A stretch of DNA of 64,000 bases from Candidatus Kaiserbacteria bacterium (GCA_016432285.1 CP066682.1:602274-666273); one strand, 5' to 3'. Counted from the stretch's first letter, positions 47,269 through 58,364 are shown. Notes: generated by a model not told the origin, from the sequence alone. Numbers and translations: made by a program.

Positions 47269-48554
47269 GCACTGAAGATATTGCCTGCAAAAACGGCCTT
47301 GGAGCCGAGCTGCTCCTCGATTCGCAGCAGTTCGTTGTACTTGGCGGTGCGGTCGGTACGACTGAGGGAGCCCGTTTTGATCTGTCCGGTGCCGAGCCCC
47401 ACCGCGATGTGCGAGATCGTCGTATCTTCGGTTTCTCCCGAGCGGTGCGAGATCACCGCCTTCCACCCGGCTTTGTGCGCCATGTCCACGGCAGCGATCG
47501 TTTCGGTGAGCGTACCGATCTGGTTGACCTTGATGAGAATCGCATTGGCGGATTTTTCATTGATCGCGCGCTCGAGAAACTTGACGTTGGTCACGAGGAG
47601 GTCGTCGGCCACGAGCTGCAACTTTGCCCCGAGCCGCTCCGTCAGCTTCTTCCAACCGTCCCAATCGTCCTCTGAGAGCCCGTCCTCGATCGACTTGATC
47701 GGATACTTCGCCGAGATCCGCTCATACCACGCAATCATCTCTTCGGGAGAGAATTTCACGTTTTCCATCCGCGAGAGATAGCCTTGTGCTTCCCGCAGCT
47801 CCGACGCCGCCACATCGAGCGCGATGACGACATCTTCGCCGGGCCGGTACCCCGCCTTCTCGATCGCTTCGACAATGAGAGCGAGTGCCTCCTCGTTGCC
47901 GCCCTTTACCGCAGGCGCAAAACCGCCTTCGTCGCCTACCGTGGTGCCGTATCCTTTTTCGTGGAGCACTTTTTTGAGCGAGTGGAATACTTCCGTACTC
48001 GCGCGAATCCCCTCCCGAAAGGTGGGGGAGCCGACAGGCTGGACCATGAATTCCTGCACGTCGGTCGACTGCCAGCTCGTATGCGCGCCGCCGTTGAGGA
48101 TGTTGCACATCGGGAGCGGCAGCAGCGGCTCGCGCGGCGCACCTGAGAGCGCACCGATGTATTCGTACAGTGGAATCTTTTTGGAGCGTGCGGCGGCGTG
48201 GGCGGCGGCGAGCGAGACGGCGATGATCGCATTGGCACCGATGCGCGACTTATTTTCCGTGCCATCGAGTGCGATCATCGCCTCGTCGACACCCTTTTGA
48301 TTGAATACGTCTTTACCCGCCAGCGTCTTTTGGATTTCTGTATTCGTGTTTTCAACAGCGTGCAAAACACCTTTGCCCCCGTAGCGTTTCTTGTCGCCGT
48401 CACGTAGCTCGTGCGCTTCATGGGAGCCGGTCGAGGCCCCGGAAGGCGCTATCGCGCGCCCGAGCGTGCCATCTTCGAGCAGCACGTCGGCTTCAACGGT
48501 CGGATTCCCTCGCGAATCCAACACCTCGCGCGCGTGAACCGATTTGATTTTCAT
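47265..48554 (-). CDS. eno: Enolase
   Basis: [37 protein letters not shown]. Confidence 0.98.
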   Translation of the reverse strand: MKIKSVHAREVLDSRGNPTVEADVLLEDGTLGRAIAPSGASTGSHEAHELRDGDKKRYGGKGVLHAVENTNTEIQKTLAGKDVFNQKGVDEAMIALDGTENKSRIGANAIIAVSLAAAHAAARSKKIPLYEYIGALSGAPREPLLPLPMCNILNGGAHTSWQSTDVQEFMVQPVGSPTFREGIRASTEVFHSLKKVLHEKGYGTTVGDEGGFAPAVKGGNEEALALIVEAIEKAGYRPGEDVVIALDVAASELREAQGYLSRMENVKFSPEEMIAWYERISAKYPIKSIEDGLSEDDWDGWKKLTERLGAKLQLVADDLLVTNVKFLERAINEKSANAILIKVNQIGTLTETIAAVDMAHKAGWKAVISHRSGETEDTTISHIAVGLGTGQIKTGSLSRTDRTAKYNELLRIEEQLGSKAVFAGNIFSA

Positions 48555-48636
48555 ACCACAGTATACCCGAGCGCGGAGAATCCACCTGCCGCGATATTGC
48601 GCAAAAAGCCCCGCTCGCGTATAGTACGGCCCACAT

Positions 48637-48795
48637 ATGTCGCAAGATCAACTGATAAAACTCGCCTGCACGAAGTGTTCGCGCACCAACTATTGGTCGC
48701 GCAAGAACAAGAAGCTCGTGGAGCGCAAAATTGAGCTCAAGAAATTCTGCAAATGGTGCAGAGCGCAGACTCCGCACAAAGAAACGAAGAAGTAG
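48637..48795 (+). CDS. rpmG: 50S ribosomal protein L33 (zinc-ribbon type), absent from the ORF track
   Basis: [14 protein letters not shown]...NY...[11 protein letters not shown]...HKE; TTGCGC-17-TATAGT upstream. Confidence 0.95.
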   Translation: MSQDQLIKLACTKCSRTNYWSRKNKKLVERKIELKKFCKWCRAQTPHKETKK

Positions 48796-48831
48796 ATGGG
48801 CCTACACCCGTGCGCTATACTCAGCGGCACT

Positions 48832-48902
48832 GGGCGATTAGTTTAGTGGTAAAACTGCCGTCTCCAAAACGGCTGTCGGGGGTTCGATTCCCTCATCGCC
48901 CG
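48832..48902 (+). tRNA. tRNA-Trp(CCA)
   Basis: GGGCGAT/ATCGCCC, GCCGT-CT-CCA-AA-ACGGC. Confidence 0.93.
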
Positions 48903-49298
48903 CTAGCAGATCTTGTTCCAGGGGCCGAGCTCGGCGCCGGTAAATACGCGCATGATCGTGTCGACAATCAGCCACGCCGCGAGAAGCAGCGCGAGGCCGA
49001 TGAAGACGTTCATGAATATCTCCTTGCCTTTGGTCTTGCCGCCCTCGCCGCCCGCCGTCATGTACGTCCAGCCCGCGTACGCGAAGAGCACTGCCGAAAT
49101 GAAGATCGCGATGTAGATGCCTGCGTTGAGGATATTTTGCGCCGACTTCGCGAGATCGCAGATGCCGCACGGCGGCTGCCCCGTGTTGCCGCATTCGACC
49201 AGCGTCGGGATTACGTTTTGCGCGGAGGCAGCGTAGGGGAAAACGACGAACGAAGCGAGCAGGAGCGTGAGGAGCGCAACGCGGACGCTTTGTACCAT
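48903..49298 (-). CDS. CPR-type pilin-like protein (VirB2/T4SS_pilin-like) with Cys pairs
   Basis: Signal ending AASAQ, ECG..PCGICDL, YAGWTYMTAGG, LAAWLIVDTI. Confidence 0.8.
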   Translation of the reverse strand: MVQSVRVALLTLLLASFVVFPYAASAQNVIPTLVECGNTGQPPCGICDLAKSAQNILNAGIYIAIFISAVLFAYAGWTYMTAGGEGGKTKGKEIFMNVFIGLALLLAAWLIVDTIMRVFTGAELGPWNKIC

Positions 49299-49344
49299 GC
49301 GAAATATTGTAGCACGCTGCGAAATACGGCATACTGGGCCAGTC

Positions 49345-49427
49345 GCACCGGTGGTAGAGCGGTCAATTACAACGCGCTGTAGACGCGTCGCCTTCGGGCT
49401 ACGGGGGTTCGAATCCCTCCCGGTGCA
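49345..49427 (+). tRNA. tRNA-Tyr(GTA)
   Basis: GCACCGG/CCGGTGC, ACGCG-CT-GTA-GA-CGCGT, long variable arm. Confidence 0.94.
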
Positions 49428-49429
49428 CA

Positions 49430-49906
49430 ATGAGAATCCGATTCCAGATGCGGTACTGGTGGAATCGAATGTTTTGGTTTGCCGCCCGCCCCATCCGCAG
49501 CGTGTATGCGTTCGTATTTAGGCCGCGGCGAAGAACCGCAAAGATTTTGATAAGAAGCGACAATAATATACTTCTCGTACGACCAAACTATGGGCACCGC
49601 AAGTGGACACTCCCCGGTGGCAAAGTGGAGGGCCGAGAATCATACGAGGATGCCGCTCACCGCGAGGTGCTCGAGGAAACGGGACTTCAGCTACGGTTCG
49701 TGAGGGCAATAGGACGGCATGAAAATATCTGGGAGAATTATCGCAACACTGTTGAATATTTTCTCGCAGCGCCCGCCAGTATCGATCCGGTCGTCGATGG
49801 GATAGAAATCAAAGAAGCCGGGTGGTTTCCGATGGATGTGCTGCCATCCGACCGATCAGCAGGCGTCGATCGCTGTTTGCAAATGTATAAACAAACGCCG
49901 CCTTAA
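49430..49906 (+). CDS. NUDIX hydrolase
   Basis: [28 protein letters not shown] Nudix box; start could be 49448. Confidence 0.9.
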   Translation: MRIRFQMRYWWNRMFWFAARPIRSVYAFVFRPRRRTAKILIRSDNNILLVRPNYGHRKWTLPGGKVEGRESYEDAAHREVLEETGLQLRFVRAIGRHENIWENYRNTVEYFLAAPASIDPVVDGIEIKEAGWFPMDVLPSDRSAGVDRCLQMYKQTPP

Positions 49907-52587
49907 ACACGCGCGGCGGCGCGAGCGCGAGCGCCGCGAGCGCGCTCGGGGCCCTTGCGGACATCAAACGTAAATTCGTCGCCTTTGAAATCCACGGATA
50001 CGGATCCGCCCTCCATCACGCCACGGGCGACCATCATGTTGGCGATCGGCGTCATGATCTTCGTTTGTATGAGGCGCTTCAGCGGGCGGGCGCCGTACTG
50101 CGGGTTGTAGCCTTCTTTTGCGAGATGTTCGAGCGCCAGCTGCGAAAGCGAGAGCGTGATGCGCTTGTCCTCGAGGCGCTTTGCGACGATGTCCACCTGC
50201 ATGCGCACGATCTCCTCGATCGCCTGCTGCGCGAGAATGTTGAAGAGAATAATCTCGTCGAGGCGGTTGAGGAACTCGGGGCGGAAGAACTCCTTCAGCG
50301 AATCCATCACCTTCCCCTTCACCTGTTCGTAGCGCTCGTCGTTGGTGACCGAGTGCCCGCTCGTAAATCCGAGGCCCGACATCTTGTCGATGTGCTCGGC
50401 GCCGATGTTCGAGGTCATGATGATGACGCTGTTTTTAAAATTGACTGTCCTCCCCTTCGCGTCGGTAAGGCGTCCGTTGTCGAGGACTTGGAGCAGGATG
50501 TTGAAGACCTCCGGATGCGCCTTTTCGATCTCGTCGAAGAGGATCACGGAATACGGGCGGTGCCGCACGAGCTCGGTCAGCCCGCCGCCTTCGTCGTAGC
50601 CGACGTATCCGGGCGGAGAGCCGATCATCTTGGAGACGGAGTGTTTCTCCATGTACTCCGACATATCGACGCGGATCAGCGCCTTTTCGCTGTTGAAAAG
50701 AAATTCGGCGAGGGCGCGCGTGAGCTCCGTCTTCCCCACGCCAGTCGGGCCAAGGAAAAGAAATGAGCCGACGGGGCGGTTCGGGTCCGCAATGCCGGCG
50801 CGCGATCTCTTGATCGCATCCGCCACCTTCTGCACTGCTTCGTCCTGACCGACGATGCGCTTTTTAAGCTCTTCGTCCATGCGGGAGAGCTTTTCGGCCT
50901 CCTCCTCGAGCATGCGGGAGACAGGCACGCCGGTCCAGCGTGAGACGACGGCGGCAATGTCTTCTTCGGTGATCTCCTCCCTCAAGACGCGGCGCGTCTG
51001 CTGGAGCTTTTTGAGGCGCTTCGTGGAGGCATCGATCGCGCGCTCGAGCGCGGGCATCCGGCCGTACCGGATTTCTGCGGTCTTCGTGAGATCGGCCGCG
51101 TTCTCCGCTGCATCCGCTTCGACACGAGCGCGCTCAAGCTCGCTCTTGGCGTTTTTGATCTCCGTGAGCGTCTCTTTTTCGTTTTTCCACTTCAGTTCGA
51201 GCTCATGCGTGGAGTCTTTGAGATCGGCGATCTCCTTCTCGATCGATTTTACACGCGAGCGGGCCTTGCCCTCCCCCGCTTCCGCCTCTTTTTTGAGGGC
51301 CTCGCGCTCAATCTCAAGCCGCGTGATCTTGCGGTGGGCCTCTTCGAGCTGCGGTGGTTTGTTCTCGAGTGAAAGACGAAGCGCGGATGCGGCTTCGTCG
51401 ATGAGGTCGATCGCCTTGTCGGGAAGGAAGCGCTCCGTGATGTAACGAGAAGAAAGCTGCACCGCCGACACGATCGCGTCGTCGGTGATCTGGACTCCGT
51501 GATAGAGCTCGTACCGCTCCTTGAGACCGCGCAAGATCGCCACCGCATCGTCAACCGAGGGTTCGTTGACATAGACCGGCTGGAAGCGACGCGTCAGCGC
51601 GGGATCATGCTCGATGTGCTTCTGGTACTCCTTCAGCGTGGTGGCGCCGATGACGCGGATTTCTCCGCGCGCGAGCGCCGGTTTTAGCATGTTGGAAGCG
51701 TCCATGGAGCCTTCGGCCGCACCCGCACCCACGAGCGTGTGCATTTCATCGATAAAAAGAATGATCTTGCCTTCGCTGCGCTCGACTTCTTTCATGACAG
51801 CCTTCAAGCGCTCTTCAAACTCGCCGCGGTACTTCGTGCCAGCGATTAAAAGCCCGAGGTCGAGCTGCACGACTTCCTTGCCGCGAAGCGACTCCGGCAC
51901 GTCGCCCGAGGCGACGCGCTGCGCGAGACCCTCGGCGACGGCTGTTTTGCCGACGCCCGCCTCTCCGATCAGGACCGGATTGTTTTTGGTGCGGCGGCTG
52001 AGGATTTGAATGACACGCGTGATCTCTGTGTCGCGGCCGATCACCGGATCGAGCTTGTTTTCGCGGGCGCGATCGGTGAGGCTCCGGGCGAAGCGCGTGA
52101 GTGCGCGCGGCTTTTTGGGCTCGTCCGCATCGCGAATCTTCCCTTCTTTGATATCCGAGAGCACGCGCGCGAGAGCAGCACGGTCGATGCGGAAGCGCGC
52201 GATCACATCGGACGCGGGGCCCGGATGCTCGGTTACGCCAAGGAGGAGGTGCTCCGGAGAGACGAACTGATCGTTGAAGGATGCGGCGATGCGCGGCGCG
52301 GCTTCAAAGACGCGCACTAGCTCCGGCGTGAGGTAGAGCTGGAACGACGGCGAGACGGCGGTGTTGCCCGAAGTGCCCTCGATGAGCTCCAAAACGGAGT
52401 CCGTGAGGTGCGCGGCGTCGATTTCCACCTGCTCCAGCATGGGGATGACCATCGATTCTTCCTGCGTGAGGAGCGCCGCAAGGAGGTGCAGCGTCGAGAC
52501 CTGATTGTGGCCGCGCTCCACCGCGAGCTGGTGCGCGCGATGGATCGCTTCCTTTGCCTTTGTCGTGTAATTGTTGAATGGTGTCAT
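49903..52587 (-). CDS. clpB: ATP-dependent chaperone ClpB
   Basis: [16 protein letters not shown], long middle coiled coil, [17 protein letters not shown]. Confidence 0.96.
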   Translation of the reverse strand: MTPFNNYTTKAKEAIHRAHQLAVERGHNQVSTLHLLAALLTQEESMVIPMLEQVEIDAAHLTDSVLELIEGTSGNTAVSPSFQLYLTPELVRVFEAAPRIAASFNDQFVSPEHLLLGVTEHPGPASDVIARFRIDRAALARVLSDIKEGKIRDADEPKKPRALTRFARSLTDRARENKLDPVIGRDTEITRVIQILSRRTKNNPVLIGEAGVGKTAVAEGLAQRVASGDVPESLRGKEVVQLDLGLLIAGTKYRGEFEERLKAVMKEVERSEGKIILFIDEMHTLVGAGAAEGSMDASNMLKPALARGEIRVIGATTLKEYQKHIEHDPALTRRFQPVYVNEPSVDDAVAILRGLKERYELYHGVQITDDAIVSAVQLSSRYITERFLPDKAIDLIDEAASALRLSLENKPPQLEEAHRKITRLEIEREALKKEAEAGEGKARSRVKSIEKEIADLKDSTHELELKWKNEKETLTEIKNAKSELERARVEADAAENAADLTKTAEIRYGRMPALERAIDASTKRLKKLQQTRRVLREEITEEDIAAVVSRWTGVPVSRMLEEEAEKLSRMDEELKKRIVGQDEAVQKVADAIKRSRAGIADPNRPVGSFLFLGPTGVGKTELTRALAEFLFNSEKALIRVDMSEYMEKHSVSKMIGSPPGYVGYDEGGGLTELVRHRPYSVILFDEIEKAHPEVFNILLQVLDNGRLTDAKGRTVNFKNSVIIMTSNIGAEHIDKMSGLGFTSGHSVTNDERYEQVKGKVMDSLKEFFRPEFLNRLDEIILFNILAQQAIEEIVRMQVDIVAKRLEDKRITLSLSQLALEHLAKEGYNPQYGARPLKRLIQTKIMTPIANMMVARGVMEGGSVSVDFKGDEFTFDVRKGPERARGARARAAARV

Positions 52588-52713
52588 GTTGTTTTGAGCC
52601 CGGTCGAGACCGAACTGGTATCCCGTCTACACAATCGGGATTGCTGCTATCAGCTTACAGCATGGAAAACCGAATTTCAAATTGCGATGAACTGCGCCCT
52701 GCTTTTTTCTCTG

Positions 52714-53541
52714 CTACCGCTCCGAAGCGGCTTCGCTCGTATCGGGAAAGAGGGCGGCTACCGACAGAAAGCCCGTAGGTGAAGACGCGCGGGAGATCTC
52801 TGTGCTTACACCAACCACGTTGCCGTCGATGTTGATAAGCGGGCTTCCGCGCATCACCGCATCATCATTCACGTTGGTGTCGAGCACATCAGCGGTGCCC
52901 TGACGGGCGGCGATGAGCGCCGTTACGATACCGTCTTCGATGCGGGCGACTGTTTTGCCGGAAAGGACGATGACGGTGGCGCCAAGCACGGGCCGCGCAG
53001 CCGCGAGTGACGCCGGCTTCCACGAAATGGGCTTCTGCACATCGCCCACCGTGGTACTCGTCGCGGCCTGCAAAAACGCGAGACCGTTGCCGTTGTCGCG
53101 CGCGGTTACGATAGCGCGCACGCGCGTGCCGTCCGGCAAGGCAACGTTGGCGTCGCCGGAATCCCCCAGCGCGAGCGTGTCGGCGACGAGCGTGCCCGAG
53201 GCGTTCAAGACCACCGCAAGCCCCAAAAAGACGGGGCTCTCCGGATCACGCGTGTAGAGGCGCGCTATGCTCGGCGAGACCTTCTCGACAGCCGCCGCCA
53301 CGAGGTCGGACTCTTTCACGACAACCGTTTTTTCCTGCGTAACGACAGTCGAGGCGGCTTGCCCCTGCGGCACAACCTTTTCGACGGTGCGTTCGATGAT
53401 GCGATTGACCGTCTGCGCGATGGCGGGCGGCGCCTGGTCCATGAGCGAGACGGTTACGATGCCGGTCGCAATCGAGGTGACGAAACTGACGAGGAGCGTG
53501 AGGAGCACGATCTGACCTTTCGAGAGATGCTCAAGATCCAT
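52714..53541 (-). CDS. Membrane-anchored trypsin-like protease homologue, probably inactive
   Basis: LLTLLVSFVTSIATGI TM; GSPLINIDGNVVG without the catalytic GxSG. Confidence 0.7.
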   Translation of the reverse strand: MDLEHLSKGQIVLLTLLVSFVTSIATGIVTVSLMDQAPPAIAQTVNRIIERTVEKVVPQGQAASTVVTQEKTVVVKESDLVAAAVEKVSPSIARLYTRDPESPVFLGLAVVLNASGTLVADTLALGDSGDANVALPDGTRVRAIVTARDNGNGLAFLQAATSTTVGDVQKPISWKPASLAAARPVLGATVIVLSGKTVARIEDGIVTALIAARQGTADVLDTNVNDDAVMRGSPLINIDGNVVGVSTEISRASSPTGFLSVAALFPDTSEAASER

Positions 53542-53557
53542 ACGTAGCGCTACTGTA

Positions 53558-54736
53558 TCACTTTTTGGAAATGGCGGCGACAGCGGAAAAAGCGCTGATA
53601 ATTCGGGGCAGATCTGATGCGCTCACCCCGGCTCCGAGCGAGATGCGCAAAGTATTCGAGGCCCGCCACGTGGGCCCGCCAAGCGCTTCCACCACGTGCG
53701 AGCGATCCTGCCCCTCCTTGCACGCGCTCTTGGTGGAAACCGCGATTCCCTGCCGATCAAGCGCGAGCGCGAAATACTCGCTGGAAACTTCGGGAATCGA
53801 GAGATTCAATATATGCGGCAGCCCGGCCGCAAGATCGCCATTCACCAGCGTACCGGGCAGGCTCTCCAAGATTCCCTTCGCGAGGTCCGATCGGATTTTT
53901 AAAAGACGACGCGACTCCTCTTCGCGCACCCGCACCATATCTTCGAAGGCGGCGGCAAAACCGGCGGCGAGGGCCACGCCCTCCGTGCCCGGACGCATTC
54001 CGCGCTCTTGGGAGCCGCCGAAGATCGCAGGAGAGAGATCGACGCGCGAGCGATTTACGAGCGCACCGATGCCGTGCGGACCCCGGAGCTTGTTGGAGCC
54101 GAGCGTGAGGAGGTCGACGCCGAGGCTTGAAACAAGCGTCGGCAGGTAGAGAGGTGCCTGCCCGGCGTCGGAGTGAAAAACTATTTTCGAAGTACGATCG
54201 TGATCGAAATCGCGAATCGCACGCGCGATGTCCGCAAGCGGCTGCACGACTCCGATTTCGCCGTTGGCCCATCCCACGGATACGAACACGGTCTCCGGCC
54301 GCAAAGCCGCGGCGACACGCGCTGGTGCTACGATCCCGCGATCGTCCGGCGCAAGATGGGTCACGCGTCCGCCCATGCGCTCGATCTCGGAAAAGCTCTC
54401 GAGCACCGAGGAATGTTCGATGATGGTGCTGATCCAGTGCGTGCCCTCAAGCCCTCTCCTCGTCCGCTCGAATGCGCGGGCGAAGCCGACAATCGCGAGC
54501 GCGTTGCCTTCTGAAAGGCCGGAGGTGAAGACGACTTCGCGCGACTTGCATCCGATCAGCAGCGCGATTCTCTCCCGCGAAGCCTCAAGACTCGCTTTTG
54601 CGGCGACGGCTTCCGCGTGGAGCCCTCCGGGGTTTCCCTCAAGCATCTCTGCTGCACGCATCGCGCGAATTGCCGCCTCGCTGACGGGCGGCGCGCTCGC
54701 GTAATCGAGATAGATCCGTTTCTTGAACCATCGCAT
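53558..54736 (-). CDS. iscS: Cysteine desulfurase (IscS/NifS family)
   Basis: YLDYAS, HSDAGQ, SNKLRGP, RPGTE, STKSAC. Confidence 0.88.
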   Translation of the reverse strand: MRWFKKRIYLDYASAPPVSEAAIRAMRAAEMLEGNPGGLHAEAVAAKASLEASRERIALLIGCKSREVVFTSGLSEGNALAIVGFARAFERTRRGLEGTHWISTIIEHSSVLESFSEIERMGGRVTHLAPDDRGIVAPARVAAALRPETVFVSVGWANGEIGVVQPLADIARAIRDFDHDRTSKIVFHSDAGQAPLYLPTLVSSLGVDLLTLGSNKLRGPHGIGALVNRSRVDLSPAIFGGSQERGMRPGTEGVALAAGFAAAFEDMVRVREEESRRLLKIRSDLAKGILESLPGTLVNGDLAAGLPHILNLSIPEVSSEYFALALDRQGIAVSTKSACKEGQDRSHVVEALGGPTWRASNTLRISLGAGVSASDLPRIISAFSAVAAISKK

Positions 54737-54755
54737 GCCGCCTAGTCTATGCTGC

Positions 54756-54779
54756 AAAATGCTTTTGCAAAAGCATTTT
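54756..54779. repeat. 24-bp perfect palindrome over the -35 region between divergent iscS and infB
   Basis: AAAATGCTTTTGCAAAAGCATTTT; TTGCAA-17-TATACT toward infB. Confidence 0.85.
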
Positions 54780-54827
54780 TTGGCGAGTATACTCACGCCA
54801 TTCTTACCGCTATGCCGCACCCCGCGT

Positions 54828-56330
54828 ATGAACGCCACCAAGCACACAGAGGAACGTCCACCGATCGTGGTCGTCATGGGGCACGTGGATCACGGTAAAT
54901 CCACGCTCCTCGATTTCATCCGCAAATCAAATACAGTCGCCAAGGAAGCCGGCGGCATCACGCAGCACGTTGCCGCCTACGAGGTGGAACGCGAGAAGGA
55001 AGGGCAGAAGCGGCGCATCACCTTCATCGACACTCCCGGGCACGCAGCGTTTGCGGCGATCAGGGCGCGCGGCGCCAACGTGGCCGATATCGCGATTCTC
55101 GTAGTGGCCGCCGACGACGGCGTGAAGGCGCAGACGCTTGAAGCCCTCCAGCAGATCCGCGATGCCAAGATCCCCTTCGTGGTGGCCATCAACAAAATCG
55201 ACAAACCGAACGCCGACCTCAACCGCACGCAAGCCTCTCTCATGGAAAAGGAGGTCTACCTCGAGAAGCTGGGCGGCGACGTGCCGTGGGCGGCGATCTC
55301 GGCGAAGACCGGGGCGGGCGTCGAGGGGCTGCTTGACCTCATTCTGATCGTGGCCGAGCTCCATGAATTGAAGGGCAGCCCCAGCGCTGACGCAGAGGGC
55401 TACGTGATCGAAGCGCACCGCGACCAAAAGCGCGGCCTCGCAGCCACGCTCGTGATCCGCAACGGGCACCTCCGAGGCGGCATGGCGGTGCTCGCCGGAA
55501 GGGCGATAGCGCCGGTGCGCATCCTCGAAGCGACGACCGGCAAGACGCTTCGCGATGCGACATTCTCCACGCCAGTGCAGCTCGTCGGCTTTGACGAGCT
55601 GCCGCGGGTAGGCGAAGCCTTCAAGGCGTACAAGAACAAAAAAGAGGCGGAGGCGGCCCGTCCGAAGCCGGAGGCCCCGGTCAATCGCGCGCCGCAGGCC
55701 GCTCCCGAAGACGAGGAAGGGCACTTTGCCATGCCGGTCATCGTGCGCGCTGACACCACCGGCTCGCTCGAGGCGATCACGCACGAAGTAGTTACCATCG
55801 GCGATGAGAAGGATTACGTTTCGATCGTCCAGTCGGGCATCGGCACGATCTCCGAAAGCGACGTGAAAGCTGCGCTCGCCGGCCGCAACCCGGCGGTCGT
55901 GATCGGCTTCAACGTCGGCGTTGACGAGGTGGCCAAGGAGTTTGCGCGACAGCACGGCCTTCGGATCGAGCTTTTCGACATCATCTACAAACTCACCGAG
56001 CGTCTCGCCGAGCTCCTGAAAGAAACCCGGCCACGCCGAGAAGTGGAACAGGTATTCGGCCGTGCGAAAGTCTTGAAGCAATTCAGCAGCCGCAAGGACC
56101 TCCACGTGATTGGCGGCAAGGTGGCCGAAGGCTATTTGCAACGCGGCACCTCGGTGCGCGCCCTGCGGCGCGGCGTCGTGGTAGGCGTCGGCAAAATCCA
56201 AAACATGCAGGCCAACAAGCAGGACGTGAACCGAGTCGAAACGGGCGGCGAGTTCGGCGCGCAGGTGGAGAGCGCCTTCGAGATCATGGAGGGCGATTCG
56301 CTCGAATGTTTTTCGGTCACGATGGCGTAG
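54828..56330 (+). CDS. infB: Translation initiation factor IF-2 (lacks N-terminal domain)
   Basis: [23 protein letters not shown]. Confidence 0.95.
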   Translation: MNATKHTEERPPIVVVMGHVDHGKSTLLDFIRKSNTVAKEAGGITQHVAAYEVEREKEGQKRRITFIDTPGHAAFAAIRARGANVADIAILVVAADDGVKAQTLEALQQIRDAKIPFVVAINKIDKPNADLNRTQASLMEKEVYLEKLGGDVPWAAISAKTGAGVEGLLDLILIVAELHELKGSPSADAEGYVIEAHRDQKRGLAATLVIRNGHLRGGMAVLAGRAIAPVRILEATTGKTLRDATFSTPVQLVGFDELPRVGEAFKAYKNKKEAEAARPKPEAPVNRAPQAAPEDEEGHFAMPVIVRADTTGSLEAITHEVVTIGDEKDYVSIVQSGIGTISESDVKAALAGRNPAVVIGFNVGVDEVAKEFARQHGLRIELFDIIYKLTERLAELLKETRPRREVEQVFGRAKVLKQFSSRKDLHVIGGKVAEGYLQRGTSVRALRRGVVVGVGKIQNMQANKQDVNRVETGGEFGAQVESAFEIMEGDSLECFSVTMA

Positions 56331-56332
56331 GT

Positions 56333-56656
56333 ATGTCTTCCCGACGGGAAATACAAGTGGCGGAGACGCTCCAGCATCTTGCGGGAGAGTATTTCGTGCG
56401 GGAGTCCAATCGCGAATCGCTCATGACGATCACGCGCGCCGAGATCGCGCCGAACTTGAAGAGCATAACGATTTTTTTCTCGGTGTTGCCGGAGAACTTT
56501 GAGGAGAAGGTGCTCGATTTCGCCAAACGATCACGCAGCGACTTTCGCGAATACGTCAAAAAGCACAGCTTTCTGCATCCGGTGCCGATGATCGACTTCG
56601 AGATCGACTACGGTGAGAAGAACCGTCAGCGCATCGACGACCTTACGCGCTCCTAA
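56333..56656 (+). CDS. rbfA: Ribosome-binding factor A
   Basis: Follows infB; TITRAEIAPNLK, PMIDFEIDYG. Confidence 0.85.
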   Translation: MSSRREIQVAETLQHLAGEYFVRESNRESLMTITRAEIAPNLKSITIFFSVLPENFEEKVLDFAKRSRSDFREYVKKHSFLHPVPMIDFEIDYGEKNRQRIDDLTRS

Positions 56657-56699
56657 AGCCCGCCCGAATATCGGAGAGGGATGATATATTGAGCGCGTC

Positions 56700-56772
56700 G
56701 GCCACATGGCGAAGTAGCAACGCGGCGGTCTGCAAAACCGCTACTGGGTGGGTGCAACTCCCACTGTGGCCT
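56700..56772 (+). tRNA. tRNA-Cys(GCA), T-loop TGCAAC
   Basis: GGCCACA/TGTGGCC, GCGGT-CT-GCA-AA-ACCGC, U discriminator. Confidence 0.9.
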
Positions 56773-56773
56773 C

Positions 56774-57577
56774 ATGAAAAAAAGGATCAATGATCTTGAT
56801 CTTTCAAAGTGGAAAAAGTACGAGGATCTCTGGACCGACAGTCTCTGGATGATCGACGCGCGCGACCGAAGCGGCGCGCACACCAACACTTACCACGGCA
56901 ATTTCGTGCCCCAGATCCCCCACCAGCTGATGCGCCGCTTCACCAAAAGGGGCGACGTGGTGCTCGACGGCTTCCTCGGCAGCGGTACGACGCTGATCGA
57001 AGCGAAACGCCTCGGGAGGTGCGGCATCGGCGTGGAGCTTCTGCCGCAGGTCGCGAATCGCGCCAAGAAGAATGTGCAGGCACAGGAAGGCGCGGGAAAG
57101 AGTGAAATTGTCGTCGCCGATAGCACGACGAAAAAAGCACACGCAGGAGTGGCGACGGCACTCAAGAGTATGAGGAAAAAATCTGCGCAGCTCCTGCTAC
57201 TGCACCCGCCGTATCACGACATCATCAAGTTCAGCAGCAAAAGGGGGGATTTGAGCAACGCAACGACCGTCGAGGAATTCACGCGGCGCTTCGGCGATGT
57301 GGTCGCCAATCTCTGCCCCTTCCTCGCAAAAGGCGGACATGTGGCGGTGGTGATCGGCGACAAGTACTCAAACAGCGAGTGGGTGCCGCTCGGCTTCTAT
57401 CTCTTGCAGGAGACGCTGAAGCGCGATCCATCGCTCAGGCTGAAGAGCGTGATCATCAAAAATATGGCGGGCAATCGCGCGAAGCAGAATCAGGGGCGCC
57501 TGTGGCGCTACCGCGCCCTCAAGGGCGGGTACTATATTTTTAAGCACGAGTACGTACTCCTTTTCAAAAAAAGCTGA
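56774..57577 (+). CDS. Orphan N4/N6-type DNA (or RNA) methyltransferase
   Basis: HGNFVPQIP, VLDGFLGSGTT, HPPY. Confidence 0.85.
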   Translation: MKKRINDLDLSKWKKYEDLWTDSLWMIDARDRSGAHTNTYHGNFVPQIPHQLMRRFTKRGDVVLDGFLGSGTTLIEAKRLGRCGIGVELLPQVANRAKKNVQAQEGAGKSEIVVADSTTKKAHAGVATALKSMRKKSAQLLLLHPPYHDIIKFSSKRGDLSNATTVEEFTRRFGDVVANLCPFLAKGGHVAVVIGDKYSNSEWVPLGFYLLQETLKRDPSLRLKSVIIKNMAGNRAKQNQGRLWRYRALKGGYYIFKHEYVLLFKKS

Positions 57578-57591
57578 TAGAGTATCCGCAC

Positions 57592-57674
57592 GCCGGGGTG
57601 GCGAAATTGGTCATACGCGCGCGACTTAAGATCGCGTTCCGCAAGGAGTGTGGGTTCGAGTCCCACCCCCGGCA
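57592..57674 (+). tRNA. tRNA-Leu(TAA)
   Basis: GCCGGGG/CCCCGGC, CGCGA-CT-TAA-GA-TCGCG. Confidence 0.95.
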
Positions 57675-57851
57675 CAACAACAGTTGAAGCGGGAGCGAAG
57701 CTCTCGCTGATCACTGTTGTCTGCCGGAGTGGGACGAGAAGGCGAGCGGCGGAGGCTCCGCCAACAGGCGGAGCGCCGTGAGCAGGGCCGAGAGGAGTGA
57801 GGAGCGACGGCGACGAAAGAGCTCTTGGCCGAGCAAACTCACCGGCACAAC
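57669..57851. repeat. Structured tRNA-associated element bounded by the 10-bp direct repeat CCGGCACAAC
   Basis: Repeats at 57669-57678 and 57842-57851; inverted copy of the tRNA 3' end at 57722-57735; three hairpins. Confidence 0.65.
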
Positions 57852-57890
57852 CCTACAAAACGAATCTTTTTCGTGTAGAATCTCACAGAT

Positions 57891-57963
57891 CCGCCCATAG
57901 CTCAGTTGGTAGAGCAGTCGCCTCTTAAGCGAACGGTCGTAGGTTCGAATCCTACTGGGCGGA
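57891..57963 (+). tRNA. tRNA-Lys(CTT)
   Basis: CCGCCCA/TGGGCGG, TCGC-CT-CTT-AA-GCGA, GGTTCGAATCC. Confidence 0.93.
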
Positions 57964-57970
57964 CAATGAT

Positions 57971-58354
57971 ATGAACATGGGAGAAGAGCGTTACGTGGTC
58001 GATATGCGTATCAAGGAGCACGCCCTCGATCTGGAGGTTCGCTTTTTTACACATTGGTCAGTGCTATCCGGCGGCACATTCTCACTCTTGGTTCCGCTAG
58101 TACAGAGCTTAAAAAAGCCGATGTCCGCCGTTGTGTTTTTTCAAATGGGAGAGGTCTTTTTGATAATTTCGCTCTTAGTTGCTGCATTGGGATTATTTGC
58201 CTCAAAGAACTATGCGAGGGAACGGTCATTCCACGGAGACCCCGCATCATCGTTGAGTAAGACGACGAAGGATTTGTGTGGGAAGACGGCGCTGGTTTCA
58301 TATGCACTGGGAATAATTGCGATAGCTATTTTCATAGACAGCAATCTGCTATAA
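57971..58354 (+). CDS. Hypothetical 3-TM membrane protein, visibly lower GC
   Basis: ORF fills the gap between two tRNAs. Confidence 0.6.
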   Translation: MNMGEERYVVDMRIKEHALDLEVRFFTHWSVLSGGTFSLLVPLVQSLKKPMSAVVFFQMGEVFLIISLLVAALGLFASKNYARERSFHGDPASSLSKTTKDLCGKTALVSYALGIIAIAIFIDSNLL

Positions 58355-58364
58355 CTAGCGAATC

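Noticed and set aside
52588-52713. CIRCE or CtsR box upstream of clpB
   Set aside because: No convincing match to either consensus
56750-56760. tRNA-Cys as pseudogene because of the TGC T-loop
   Set aside because: All stems and the U discriminator are intact; treated as a variant
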